A DNA stretch of 54,818 nt from Minisyncoccota bacterium (GCA_938023415.1 CALHEE010000028.1:1-54818); one strand, 5' to 3'. Positions 9,035 through 17,280 are shown, counted from the stretch's first letter. The notes: generated by a model from the sequence alone, not told the origin. A program made the numbers and translations.

Positions 9035-9337
9035 ATGCTTCCTTTTGAAAGACTAAAAAAAACAAATACCAAAGAAAATCTCTGGCTTTACATCCTTTCT
9101 CTTTTAAAAGAAAAAGAACTTTATGGATGGGAAATTCCAAAATTAATTGAGGGACGATTTGGTTTTAAACCAGGCAAAATTACTCCCTACCGCGTCTTGT
9201 ATAGATTAGAAGCTGATCATTTTGTTGCAAGTAAAATAAAAGAAAGGAAAAGGTTTTATAAAATTACAGAAAAAGGAAAAAAAGAGTTAGAAAAGGCTTT
9301 AAATTTTTATAAAGAGCTTTTAAAATGTTTAAATTAA
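9035..9337 (+). CDS. PadR-family small transcription regulator (paralog of 7535-7834)
   Basis: 100 aa. The sequence YGWEI....GRFGFKPGKITPYRVLYRLEADHFV...RKRFYKITEKGKKEL is a PadR-type wHTH. Confidence 0.65.
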   Translation: MLPFERLKKTNTKENLWLYILSLLKEKELYGWEIPKLIEGRFGFKPGKITPYRVLYRLEADHFVASKIKERKRFYKITEKGKKELEKALNFYKELLKCLN

Positions 9338-9999
9338 ACAAGAAAATAGCTGAAGTTTTAAGAGAAATTGGAAAGCTTTTGGAAATTGAAGGGGTGAAAT
9401 TTAAACCCAAGGCCTACCAAAAGGCAGCAGATTCGATTGAAAAACTTGATAAAGACATTGGAGAAATATACAAGAAAGAAAAGCTAAAAGGATTGCTGAA
9501 AATTCCAGGGGTGGGAAAAAGCATTGCTGAAAAAATTGAGGAGTATTTAAAGAAAAAAAAGATTAAATATTTGGATGAGTTAAAAGAAAAAAATAAAATT
9601 CGGATAATCGTTACCCATTTTTTTGAAACGAAAGGGATAAGTTTGAATCAGTTAAAAATAAATGCAAAGAAAAGAAAAATTATTTATTCCAGATATACCA
9701 AACCTGCCAAACAACTTTTAGAATTGGCAGGCTCAGTTGAAAAAGCAAAAATGGCAATTTCCAAGGTGGCGGAATGGGCAAAATCACGGAATTTAGATTA
9801 CGCTATTGAAACTGTCTTTAAAAAATGGTTAGAATTAGATAGGTTAAAACCAAAAGAGGTCGTAAAAAAACCTTATTTTAAAGGAAACCCTATGGTCTGG
9901 TCAGAAACAAGAAAAAAGTGGTATGTAATTTCACCTGAAGGAGAATGGTTAGAATTTGCTGGAAAAGAGTCTGAGATTGAATGGAAAATTGTAAAATAA
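9325..9999 (+). CDS. Helix-hairpin-helix protein with a Pol X (pol beta) N-terminal 8-kDa-like domain and an uncharacterised C-terminal domain
   Basis: The N-terminus NKKIAEVLREIGKLLEIEGVKFKPKAYQKAADSIE...IPGVGKSIAEKIEEYL resembles the PolX 8-kDa/HhH region. No polymerase palm is present. Confidence 0.5.
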   Translation: MFKLNKKIAEVLREIGKLLEIEGVKFKPKAYQKAADSIEKLDKDIGEIYKKEKLKGLLKIPGVGKSIAEKIEEYLKKKKIKYLDELKEKNKIRIIVTHFFETKGISLNQLKINAKKRKIIYSRYTKPAKQLLELAGSVEKAKMAISKVAEWAKSRNLDYAIETVFKKWLELDRLKPKEVVKKPYFKGNPMVWSETRKKWYVISPEGEWLEFAGKESEIEWKIVK

Positions 10000-10005
10000 A
10001 AAATT

Positions 10006-10578
10006 ATGTTAACCTATTTTGATCTGAGAAAAGGAGTAAAATTTATTTTAGATGGCCAACCATACGAGGTTTTAGAATTTCGGCCAATGGGAAAGGCCCA
10101 AGATGTGGTAGTTGCCCAAACAAAAATTAGAAACTTAATTACCGGCAAGGTAATTGAAAAAAATTTTCACCAAAATGATGTCTTTGAGGAGGCAGAAATT
10201 GAAAAAATAAGGGCTAAGTTTATCTATCATCATCGAGGAAAATTTGTTTTTTCTGAAATAGACAACCCTTCCAAAAGATTTGAATTATTGCAACCTCAAA
10301 TTGGAGAGGTGGCAAAATTTTTGAAACCAAATCAAGAAGTAACAGGTTTAGTTTTTAAAGGAAAAGTAATTAATATTACTTTACCCATTAAAGTTCAGTT
10401 AAAGGTAATAGAGGCTCCGCCCGGAATAAAGGGCGACCGTGCCCAAGGTGGAACAAAATCAGTTACCCTAGAAACTGGAGCGAAAATAAATGTTCCGCTT
10501 TTCATTGAAGAGGGAGATATTGTTGAAGTGAATACAGAAACTGGTGAATACGTAAGAAGGGTAAACGTCCGAGAATAA
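10006..10578 (+). CDS. efp: Translation elongation factor P
   Basis: 190 aa. DLRKGVKFILDGQPYEVLEF and the C-terminal OB domains (IEAPPGIKGD...GGTKSVTLETG) match EF-P. Confidence 0.9.
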   Translation: MLTYFDLRKGVKFILDGQPYEVLEFRPMGKAQDVVVAQTKIRNLITGKVIEKNFHQNDVFEEAEIEKIRAKFIYHHRGKFVFSEIDNPSKRFELLQPQIGEVAKFLKPNQEVTGLVFKGKVINITLPIKVQLKVIEAPPGIKGDRAQGGTKSVTLETGAKINVPLFIEEGDIVEVNTETGEYVRRVNVRE

Positions 10579-10611
10579 ATCCAACTAAGTTTTATTTTTT
10601 TTCAGGATTTT

Positions 10612-11070
10612 TTATTTTTCACAAGTTGGTTTTATTTTTTTTGGTTTGAGTTTGGGCTCCCAGATTGTATTTTTTTCAATAATGTGGATAACTTTCATTT
10701 TCTTTTTCATTATTTTATCGGCAATAAAAGCTCGATGACATTTCCAGGGGAGTCTTTCAGCACAAATAATAACCGTTGGTTTGGTTTTGGCAATTTGAAT
10801 TAAGGTTTCTAATCCTCCCTTAAAATCTTTCGTCTTCATATATTGCTCATAACCTCCTTTTCGATATCCCCCCAAACTCTCTAAATGAAAATATTCTATT
10901 TTATTTTCTTTTAAAATTTTCTCTAAATTTTCTCTTTTAAAATGGGGAAAAAATCTTGAAGTGGGCCAATGCCTTACGTCTACTACTGCTTTGATTTGAT
11001 AAAAATCTAAAATCTCTAAAAATTCTTTCATCGTTCGGTTTGAAGTTCCGAGCGTGTAGATGGATTTCAT
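10612..11070 (-). CDS. DUF488 domain protein
   Basis: IYTLGTSNRT..EF...L....I..VVDVR, LGG, and ICAERLPWKCHRAFIA follow the DUF488 pattern. Confidence 0.7.
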   Translation of the reverse strand: MKSIYTLGTSNRTMKEFLEILDFYQIKAVVDVRHWPTSRFFPHFKRENLEKILKENKIEYFHLESLGGYRKGGYEQYMKTKDFKGGLETLIQIAKTKPTVIICAERLPWKCHRAFIADKIMKKKMKVIHIIEKNTIWEPKLKPKKIKPTCEK

Positions 11071-11390
11071 TTTTGGAGAAAGAATTTTTTCACCTCTTTT
11101 AAACTAAAAACCTGCCATTGGCCCTGGGATTTAACCCAATATTCGATGGGAATTTTGTATTTTTTTTGAATTTTTTCCAAGATGTTAAATTGTCTGATGT
11201 CGTGTTTCCCTGGATACCATCTCTTTTTGTTTGTTTTTTTTACCTCAATAAATTTTTTAATCTTCCCATTTTTTCCTAAAACTAAAAAATCAGTTACCCC
11301 CCCAATGGCAACCTTAAAGATACTATCTGGAGAATATTTTTTGAATAAAATTTTTTTAACTTCGTATTCTGCTTTATATCCCCTTTTCAT
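11067..11390 (-). CDS. Archaeal Hjc-like Holliday junction resolvase / PD-(D/E)xK nuclease
   Basis: 107 aa. KRGYKAEYEVKKIL...GGVTDFLVLGKNGKIKKFIEVKK aligns by eye to Hjc (G..FE.E....L...SG..D......G....IEVK). Confidence 0.55.
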   Translation of the reverse strand: MKRGYKAEYEVKKILFKKYSPDSIFKVAIGGVTDFLVLGKNGKIKKFIEVKKTNKKRWYPGKHDIRQFNILEKIQKKYKIPIEYWVKSQGQWQVFSLKEVKKFFLQK

Positions 11391-11393
11391 TTT

Positions 11394-12101
11394 TTATTTA
11401 AATTGATTTACAATTAAAAATGAAGCGACAATGGCTGCGGTTTCTCCTTTTAAGATTAATTTGCCCAAATTGAGAATTTCAAAATTTTCTTTTTTTGCCA
11501 CTTCCAGCTCAGCGTTTTTCCATCCGCCTTCTGGTCCAATGAAAATTGAAATATTTTTCGCGGAAAAATTTTTCAGCTCACTAAAATCTTTACCTGATAA
11601 ATCAAAGAGAATTTTCAGATCAGAATCTCTTGCCTCTTTTATTGCCTCGTTGAAATCTTTCGGTTCTAAAATTTCTGGCAAAATTCCCCTTCCTGATTGT
11701 TCGGCTGCCTGAATTGAAATTTTTCTTAACCTTTCTAAATTTAAACCCAGTTTAATGGTATTGCCACAGATTATCGGAACTATTTTTTTTATCCCAATTT
11801 CTGTCGCTTTTTGAACAACCAATTCAAAATTTCTTTTTTTCAAAATGGAACAATAAAGAGTGACAAAAACCTCTGGCTCTCTTTCATTCTCTTTGATTTC
11901 TAAAATTTCTCCTAAGAGCTTATTTTGGGAAAGACCTACAATTTTACAAATTCCTTCTTTTTTGCTCCCATCAAACAAAATTATTTCTTCTCCCACCCTT
12001 TTTCTCAAGACATTTCTTATTCGATGAAAAAGTTGAGCGTTTTCGATAATAACCTGTCCTTTTTTCAATCTGAAATTGACAAAAAAGCGATCTTTCCTCA
12101 T
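11394..12101 (-). CDS. rsmE: 16S rRNA (uracil1498-N3)-methyltransferase
   Basis: 235 aa. It has an N-terminal PUA-like region (HRIRNVLRKRVGEEIILFDG) and a C-terminal SPOUT knot (IFIGPEGGW, LGKLILKGETA). Confidence 0.8.
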   Translation of the reverse strand: MRKDRFFVNFRLKKGQVIIENAQLFHRIRNVLRKRVGEEIILFDGSKKEGICKIVGLSQNKLLGEILEIKENEREPEVFVTLYCSILKKRNFELVVQKATEIGIKKIVPIICGNTIKLGLNLERLRKISIQAAEQSGRGILPEILEPKDFNEAIKEARDSDLKILFDLSGKDFSELKNFSAKNISIFIGPEGGWKNAELEVAKKENFEILNLGKLILKGETAAIVASFLIVNQFK

Positions 12102-12115
12102 TTTTCTAAATTATA

Positions 12116-12343
12116 TCAAAAAAAATTAATGAAAATTAAACAATTACCCATAAACAAATTTTTATCTTTGATCAGCAATTTCTCTCCACCTTCTTCTTCA
12201 CCTGTTAAAATTGCCTCTGAGACTAAAATTTTCCCCTCAATCAATTCTCCATCAGCTGGTACCTTGTTGCCAGAAATTAAAACTCCTCTTTCTCCAGGCA
12301 CCAATTCTTCAATCGCAATCTTTCTCTGTTTACTTTCTCTCAT
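12116..12343 (-). pseudogene. Relic of a P-type ATPase (actuator-domain fragment only)
   Basis: The 75-aa ORF contains ELVPGE......KVPADGELIEG...VSEAILTGEE, the A-domain (TGES region) of P-type ATPases. No TM, P or N domains follow. The upstream flank has in-frame stops. Confidence 0.65.
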
Positions 12344-12475
12344 TACTACTGCATCAGTTTTTCAGAGAAATAAAAGCAACGAAAAACAAAATAAAGACGA
12401 GAGGATTTTAAACTGAGAAAAAAAGAGAGATCGTATATTTTTCTAAAAATTTTTTTTCGGAAATTCCTAAAGGGA

Positions 12476-13294
12476 TCATTTTTGAAGTAAAATTTCTGCC
12501 TCTTTCAAAAGGATTGACTTTTCTTTAATATCTAATTTCTCAAATTTCTTGGTCAAAATGTCTTTCACTAAAATTACTTTTTGCCTAATGAGATAATTTG
12601 CCAAAGAATAGTTCACCGAAGGTAAAATTGTGATTGGATAAAATTGGTTTTTTTCAATCAAAACTTCAAGCCCGCCCCCTTTCGGATATTTCCAACCTAA
12701 AAGCTCCACTCCTACACACTCTGAGTATCTAATCGCCTCTTTTGTAAATTTGGCATTAGTGACAAGAATGCTTTTGTAGCGTAAATTTGAATTCAAAAAT
12801 TTTCCTTTTTCAATATCTAAAAACCTCGCATAATTTGCCAGGGCTGTTTGAAGCTCGATCTTTTTACCAGGTTCTTGACGAAATTTACATTCCCCTATAT
12901 AAATTAGGTCTCTTTTTTTAGCTAAGAAATCAATTTCATAATTTAAGCAATATCCTGGAACAATCTGGTTTAACTTCACCTCAAAACCTTCAGCTTCAAA
13001 AATGCTGGCAATAAATTTCTCAAAGGGAAAGCCGGTGGGCCCTAATTTTTCGATTGCCTTTTTAAGATTAAACCTTATGGCAGATTTCAAAGATTCTTTC
13101 GATAAAAGTTCAAAAATTCTATCAAAAATTTCTGCTGTGGAGATTCCCGGAAAGGCCTCCTTTTGAATCTGAAGAGCAATTGCTAAGGCGGTTTGTTTTG
13201 AGGCGCCACAATTGAGAGCTGAACGGTAAACTTTTTTAAAAGAAAAGGGTTCTTTTTCTCCTCTTAAATTGACAACAAAAATCTTTTTTTTCAT
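12476..13294 (-). CDS. ATP-cone domain fused to a restriction-endonuclease-like (Mrr/PD-ExK) domain
   Basis: The N-terminus VVNLRGEKEPFSFKKVYRSALNCGAS...AEIFDRI is ATP-cone-like. The C-terminus FEKFIASIFEAEGFEV...EIDFLAKKRDLIYIGECKF carries a D...ExK nuclease motif. Confidence 0.6.
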   Translation of the reverse strand: MKKKIFVVNLRGEKEPFSFKKVYRSALNCGASKQTALAIALQIQKEAFPGISTAEIFDRIFELLSKESLKSAIRFNLKKAIEKLGPTGFPFEKFIASIFEAEGFEVKLNQIVPGYCLNYEIDFLAKKRDLIYIGECKFRQEPGKKIELQTALANYARFLDIEKGKFLNSNLRYKSILVTNAKFTKEAIRYSECVGVELLGWKYPKGGGLEVLIEKNQFYPITILPSVNYSLANYLIRQKVILVKDILTKKFEKLDIKEKSILLKEAEILLQK

Positions 13295-13312
13295 TGACTT
13301 TAATTCATTTTT

Positions 13313-14086
13313 TTACTTTATTCTTAATCTAAAGACGATTGAAAAGAGGAAAATTAAAAAAGAAGCAACAACAATTAAGGGACCGGCTGGAAAATTGGTA
13401 ATTTGAAAAAGCAAAATTCCTAAGATCACAGAAACTATTCCAAAGAGAATGGACAGTCTTTTGTATGTTTTTAAGTTTTTGCTCAAATTTCTAGCTGAAG
13501 CTGCAGGTAAACTTGTTAGTCCAGCCACTAAAAGCCCACCGACAAATTTTACTCCTAAGGCAACAGTGGCGGAGATTAAAAGCAGATACAAAAACTGATA
13601 TTTTTTTAAGTCAATTTTTTCTGCGGTAGCTAAATCTTCAGAAATCGAAATTAAAAAAAATTTTTGATAAAGCTTTTGAAGCCAAAAGAAAAGGAAAAGA
13701 GATATTAAAACGATCATTAAACCTTCAATTTGCCCGATTTTTGAAATGTCACCAATTAAGGCCTGGTGGAGTTCCTCTTCTTCTAAGAACAAAAGGGTGA
13801 TGGCCAAAGAGACTGAAAATAAAATGGCAATAATGGTTTCGGTGGGAAGCTTTGTTTTCTTTTCTAAAAGCCAAATTAAACTTGTTCCAAAAAATAAAAA
13901 TAAAAAAGCTCCAAGAGAAACATTTTTTCCAAAAATTAAAGCAAGAGTGATCCCTGGTAAAGCCAAGTGAGAAAGTGGATCGACAACAATTGTCATCTTT
14001 CTTGAGAGCATCAAAGAACCTAAAAGTCCTGCTACCATTCCAACAAAAATTCCGGTAATTAATATTGTAAAAAAACTAATGTCCAT
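13313..14086 (-). CDS. Metal (Zn/Mn-type, ABC-3 family) ABC transporter permease
   Basis: 257 aa, about 8 TM helices, ZnuB/MntB-like organisation. It overlaps the upstream ATPase gene. Confidence 0.7.
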   Translation of the reverse strand: MDISFFTILITGIFVGMVAGLLGSLMLSRKMTIVVDPLSHLALPGITLALIFGKNVSLGAFLFLFFGTSLIWLLEKKTKLPTETIIAILFSVSLAITLLFLEEEELHQALIGDISKIGQIEGLMIVLISLFLFFWLQKLYQKFFLISISEDLATAEKIDLKKYQFLYLLLISATVALGVKFVGGLLVAGLTSLPAASARNLSKNLKTYKRLSILFGIVSVILGILLFQITNFPAGPLIVVASFLIFLFSIVFRLRIK

Positions 14087-14822
14087 GGTAATGTTGATAA
14101 AATTTTATTTCCTGACCATAAAGTTTTGTCAAAATTTCTGAATTGATTACCTCTCGCGGAGGACCCTGACAAATTGGACATTTATTTAAACAAATGACAA
14201 AATCTGTAAATTTGAAAACAACACTTAAATCGTGAGTGACCAAGATAATGGCCAAGTTCTTTTCTTTTCTTAATCTTTCTAAAATTTGATAAATAGTTTC
14301 CGTCCCAAAAATATCAATTCCAGAAGTAGGTTCGTCAAAAAGCAGAACATCAGGGTTTCCCAAAAGGGCCCAGGCAACCAAAACTCTTTGGTAGTGTCCA
14401 GAAGAAATTTCTCCAATATTCTTTTTCAAAAAACCTTCATCAAAACCAACCAATTTGATTTTTTCTATTATTTCTTTGAAATCAGAACCCTTCAACATCA
14501 AAAAATCTCTCACTGATATGGGTAGATTTTTCACAAAAGGTAATCTTTGAGGAACATAGCCTACCTTTACTCCCTTTGCCCATTCAATCTTCCCTTTATA
14601 TGGAAAAATTCCTAATAATGTCTTTAATAAAACGCTTTTTCCTGCTCCGTTGGGACCCAAAACACTTAAAGTCTCCCCTTTTTTTAATTCAAAAGACAAA
14701 TTAAAAATGATTTTTTCTCCATCTAATTCCACAGTTAAATTTTGGACGCTCAAGATGGAAGAAGTTTCCTTAGACTCTCTTTTCTCTAAAATATTTTTTT
14801 TCATTGTTTCACTTTTCTTCAA
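14076..14822 (-). CDS. Metal ABC transporter ATP-binding protein (ZnuC-like)
   Basis: Walker A GPNGAGKS, Walker B LLLFDEPTSGID, H-loop VTHD. The signature motif is degenerate (SSGHYQR). Confidence 0.8.
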   Translation of the reverse strand: MKKSETMKKNILEKRESKETSSILSVQNLTVELDGEKIIFNLSFELKKGETLSVLGPNGAGKSVLLKTLLGIFPYKGKIEWAKGVKVGYVPQRLPFVKNLPISVRDFLMLKGSDFKEIIEKIKLVGFDEGFLKKNIGEISSGHYQRVLVAWALLGNPDVLLFDEPTSGIDIFGTETIYQILERLRKEKNLAIILVTHDLSVVFKFTDFVICLNKCPICQGPPREVINSEILTKLYGQEIKFYQHYHGH

Positions 14823-15204
14823 TTAAATCAGCTAAAGTTAATGAGTTAATTGCCAAAGAGATTGTTTTATGGAAGTTTCGCCAGAATTTTTTCGCTAAGC
14901 ATTTTTTTGATCTGGGACAAAATTCTTTTAGACATTTAACTAAAGGGATGTCTTTTTCTAAAGCCTTTATTATCTCTCCTATTTTAATTTTTTCTGGCTT
15001 TTTTGCTAAAAAATACCCTCCCTGAAAACCCTTTTTGGCCTTGACCAGGCCTTTTTTTTCCAAAGCTGAAATAATTTTTTCCAGATAATGAAGAGAAATG
15101 CCTTCTTTTTTGGCAATTATTTTTAAAGGTAAAATTTTATTTTTGTGTTGAGCCAAAAAAACCATTGCCCGTAAACCGTATTGGGATTTAGTAGAAATTT
15201 TCAT
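14809..15204 (-). CDS. Rrf2-family transcription regulator
   Basis: MKISTKSQYGLRAMVFLA is the Rrf2 wHTH N-terminus. Cys residues in LVKCLKEFCPRSKKC could ligate a cluster. Confidence 0.8.
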   Translation of the reverse strand: MKISTKSQYGLRAMVFLAQHKNKILPLKIIAKKEGISLHYLEKIISALEKKGLVKAKKGFQGGYFLAKKPEKIKIGEIIKALEKDIPLVKCLKEFCPRSKKCLAKKFWRNFHKTISLAINSLTLADLIEEK

Positions 15205-15220
15205 AGTTTGTCATTTTTTA

Positions 15221-15445
15221 TTAAAGGCAACTACCACAACCTCCTCCGCAGGCTCCGCAAGATGGTTTTCTTGAGCTCTTAGTAGAAAAAGACCAGCTTA
15301 TGTGATATTCTTGACATTCACTTTTACAAGTGGGACATTGAGCGATTCTTTTAAAACAATAGCCATAAATTGCACTTTCCCATTCTCTTTTTTCTCCTTC
15401 TGCTTCAAAGATCTTATTGCAATTTTCACAATAAAATTTATTCAT
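15221..15445 (-). CDS. Small zinc-ribbon protein with a Cys/Gly-rich C-terminal tail
   Basis: CxxC (CENC) and CPTC pairs, plus the terminal CGACGGGCGSCL. 74 aa. Confidence 0.45.
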   Translation of the reverse strand: MNKFYCENCNKIFEAEGEKREWESAIYGYCFKRIAQCPTCKSECQEYHISWSFSTKSSRKPSCGACGGGCGSCL

Positions 15446-15452
15446 GATAAAG

Positions 15453-16502
15453 CTAATGAAGAATTATTTGGGGGACCAAAAAAGAAAAAATGGTGCCACC
15501 CAAAATTCCCAAAAACCACATTATTATGGTGTAATTTAAAACCATTTTCCAATTAATCACCCTTGAAACTCCAAGGATCGAGGGCAAACTTAAGGCGGGA
15601 GCAGTTAATAAAAAAGCTAAAGCGGGACCTGTCCCCATTCCTAAAATTAACAATTCTCTCACAAAGGGTATTTCAACTAAAGTAGGAGTGTACATTACAA
15701 CTCCAATTATTGAGGCTAAAGCAGTTTGCCAAACTCCTGGACCTAAATACTTGGAAATCACCTCAGAGCTCAAGAAGATTTTAACAATGCCGATAATGAA
15801 GATACCAAGCAAAACTAAGGGTAAAATCTTCTTTAGAAAATCAAATACATTCAAAACCCATTCTTTTAAATCCTCTTTTAAATTTAAAGGCTTCTCTTGA
15901 TATTCAACTTTCAATTGGGAAAGAACTCCTGCTTTTTCCTCTTCTGTTGTCCAAATTGCCTCCAAAATTGCCCCAGTAATGATTGCCGCCGATAAAGCCA
16001 GAACAATTCTGCCAATGACAAATTTCCAAGAAAGCAAGCTAAAGGTTAAAATAATTGCAGTCGGATTGATGGCGGGAGTAGCTAATAAAAAAGTAATTGC
16101 TGGCCCCAAACCCGCCCCTCTTTTTTTAATGGCAGCAAACAATGGAATGATTGAACAAGAACAAACGGAAAGCAAAGGACCGCCAAAGGCGGCAATAAAA
16201 TAAGCTTTCAGGCTCCGCCTTCCAAGGTGCTTAATGATCATCTCTTTTGGAATGAATGTCTGGACTGCGCCAGCAATTAAAAAAGCCATTCCCAAACAAA
16301 ACCAGGCTTTAGTCAAATAAGTGAAAAGAGTTAAAAATGGAATTTCCCACCAAGGAGTTCCGGGCGTAATGGGAAATGGTTCTTTGGGATATATTCCCTT
16401 TTCTATTAAATGACTTTTCTTTATTGCCCCGTACCATTCATAACCGACCAAAATTCCTAAAATCAAAAAAATTAAAATAATCCCAAAAATAATTCTTTTC
16501 AT
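15453..16502 (-). CDS. Permease of the DUF318 / ArsP-like family
   Basis: Polytopic protein with the Cys pair LLSVCSCSIIP. It occurs in the typical ArsR / thioredoxin-like / permease operon. The start is set at M15 to avoid overlap with the upstream gene; the ORF extends to 16544. Confidence 0.65.
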   Translation of the reverse strand: MKRIIFGIILIFLILGILVGYEWYGAIKKSHLIEKGIYPKEPFPITPGTPWWEIPFLTLFTYLTKAWFCLGMAFLIAGAVQTFIPKEMIIKHLGRRSLKAYFIAAFGGPLLSVCSCSIIPLFAAIKKRGAGLGPAITFLLATPAINPTAIILTFSLLSWKFVIGRIVLALSAAIITGAILEAIWTTEEEKAGVLSQLKVEYQEKPLNLKEDLKEWVLNVFDFLKKILPLVLLGIFIIGIVKIFLSSEVISKYLGPGVWQTALASIIGVVMYTPTLVEIPFVRELLILGMGTGPALAFLLTAPALSLPSILGVSRVINWKMVLNYTIIMWFLGILGGTIFSFLVPQIILH

Positions 16503-16516
16503 AATTTTTGCTGATT

Positions 16517-16765
16517 TTAGCTTTGATTTGATTCCCGGAGCCAACCTTTAATTTCTTCTATTTCAGGAATTCTGCCCATCGCCTTTACCTCGTTGTCAAA
16601 GGCAATCGCTGGAGTAAGAAAAACTCCCATTTCAACGATCTTTTCAAGATCGTAAATATGTTCTATCTTCACATCTTTTAATCCTAATTCTTCTACCGCT
16701 TTTTTTGCGTTTTCCTCTAATTTTTGGCAATTAATACAACCTGAACCCAAAATTTTGATTGTCAT
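16517..16765 (-). CDS. Thioredoxin-fold redox-active disulfide protein 2-like
   Basis: 82 aa. MTIKILGSGCINCQKL contains the CxxC motif and matches the family pattern. Confidence 0.75.
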   Translation of the reverse strand: MTIKILGSGCINCQKLEENAKKAVEELGLKDVKIEHIYDLEKIVEMGVFLTPAIAFDNEVKAMGRIPEIEEIKGWLRESNQS

Positions 16766-16769
16766 GTTT

Positions 16770-17072
16770 TCAAATAATTTTATTTAATAACTTAAGATAT
16801 TTTTTTACGACCTTTTTATTCAAATGGTAAGCAATTTTTCTACCCATTTTTTTTGGAAAAACCAAGTTTAGATTTTTCAAAACACCTAGATGATGGGAAA
16901 CCAAATTTTGAGATAAATTAAGAGATTGCCAAATATCACAAACACATTTTGGTTCTTTTTTTAGCAAAGACAAAATTTTTAATCTATTCGGTTCTAAAAC
17001 ATCTTTTAATTTTTTTGCTATCTCGTCTATTTCCAAAATCGATTGTTCATCTTGAGAATATTTCTTTAACAT
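16770..17072 (-). CDS. ArsR/SmtB-family metalloregulator
   Basis: The HTH is LEPNRLKILSLLKKEPKCVCDIWQSLNLSQNLVSHHLGVLKNLNLV. The start is set at M13 because the predicted promoter overlaps the longer ORF. Confidence 0.8.
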   Translation of the reverse strand: MLKKYSQDEQSILEIDEIAKKLKDVLEPNRLKILSLLKKEPKCVCDIWQSLNLSQNLVSHHLGVLKNLNLVFPKKMGRKIAYHLNKKVVKKYLKLLNKII

Positions 17073-17092
17073 ATGTATCAACCAACATTGAT

Positions 17093-17121
17093 ATATTATT
17101 TCAAACAAAAAACCTTGTCAA
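17093..17121 (-). promoter_or_regulatory. Sigma-70-like promoter of the arsR operon (TTGACA-17 nt-TAATAT)
   Basis: Minus strand: cTTGACAagg at 17121-17116, 17-nt spacer, TAATAT at 17098-17093. Confidence 0.55.
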
Positions 17122-17174
17122 GATAAAAAGCAAGAAAGACATTTCGTTTATTCTGTATTAAAGTTTCAAGTTAG

Positions 17175-17246
17175 TTGCGGGGGTAGGATTCGAACCTACA
17201 ATCTTCAGGTCCAAAGCCTGACGTGTTACCCTTACACCACCCCGCA
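17175..17246 (-). tRNA. tRNA-Gln (anticodon TTG)
   Basis: Manual cloverleaf: acceptor TGCGGGG/CCCCGCA, anticodon arm TCAGG-CTTTGGA-CCTGA, T arm GTAGG-TTCGAAT-CCTAC. No CCA is encoded. Confidence 0.85.
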
Positions 17247-17280
17247 ATTTCTGATTGCTTTTTAATATAAACAAATTTTA

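Noticed and set aside
11925-12416. 163-aa plus-strand ORF spanning the rsmE start and the ATPase relic
   Set aside because: It is antisense to a well-supported rsmE and to the ATPase fragment. The sequence is low-complexity (Ser/Phe/Lys-rich) with no motif.
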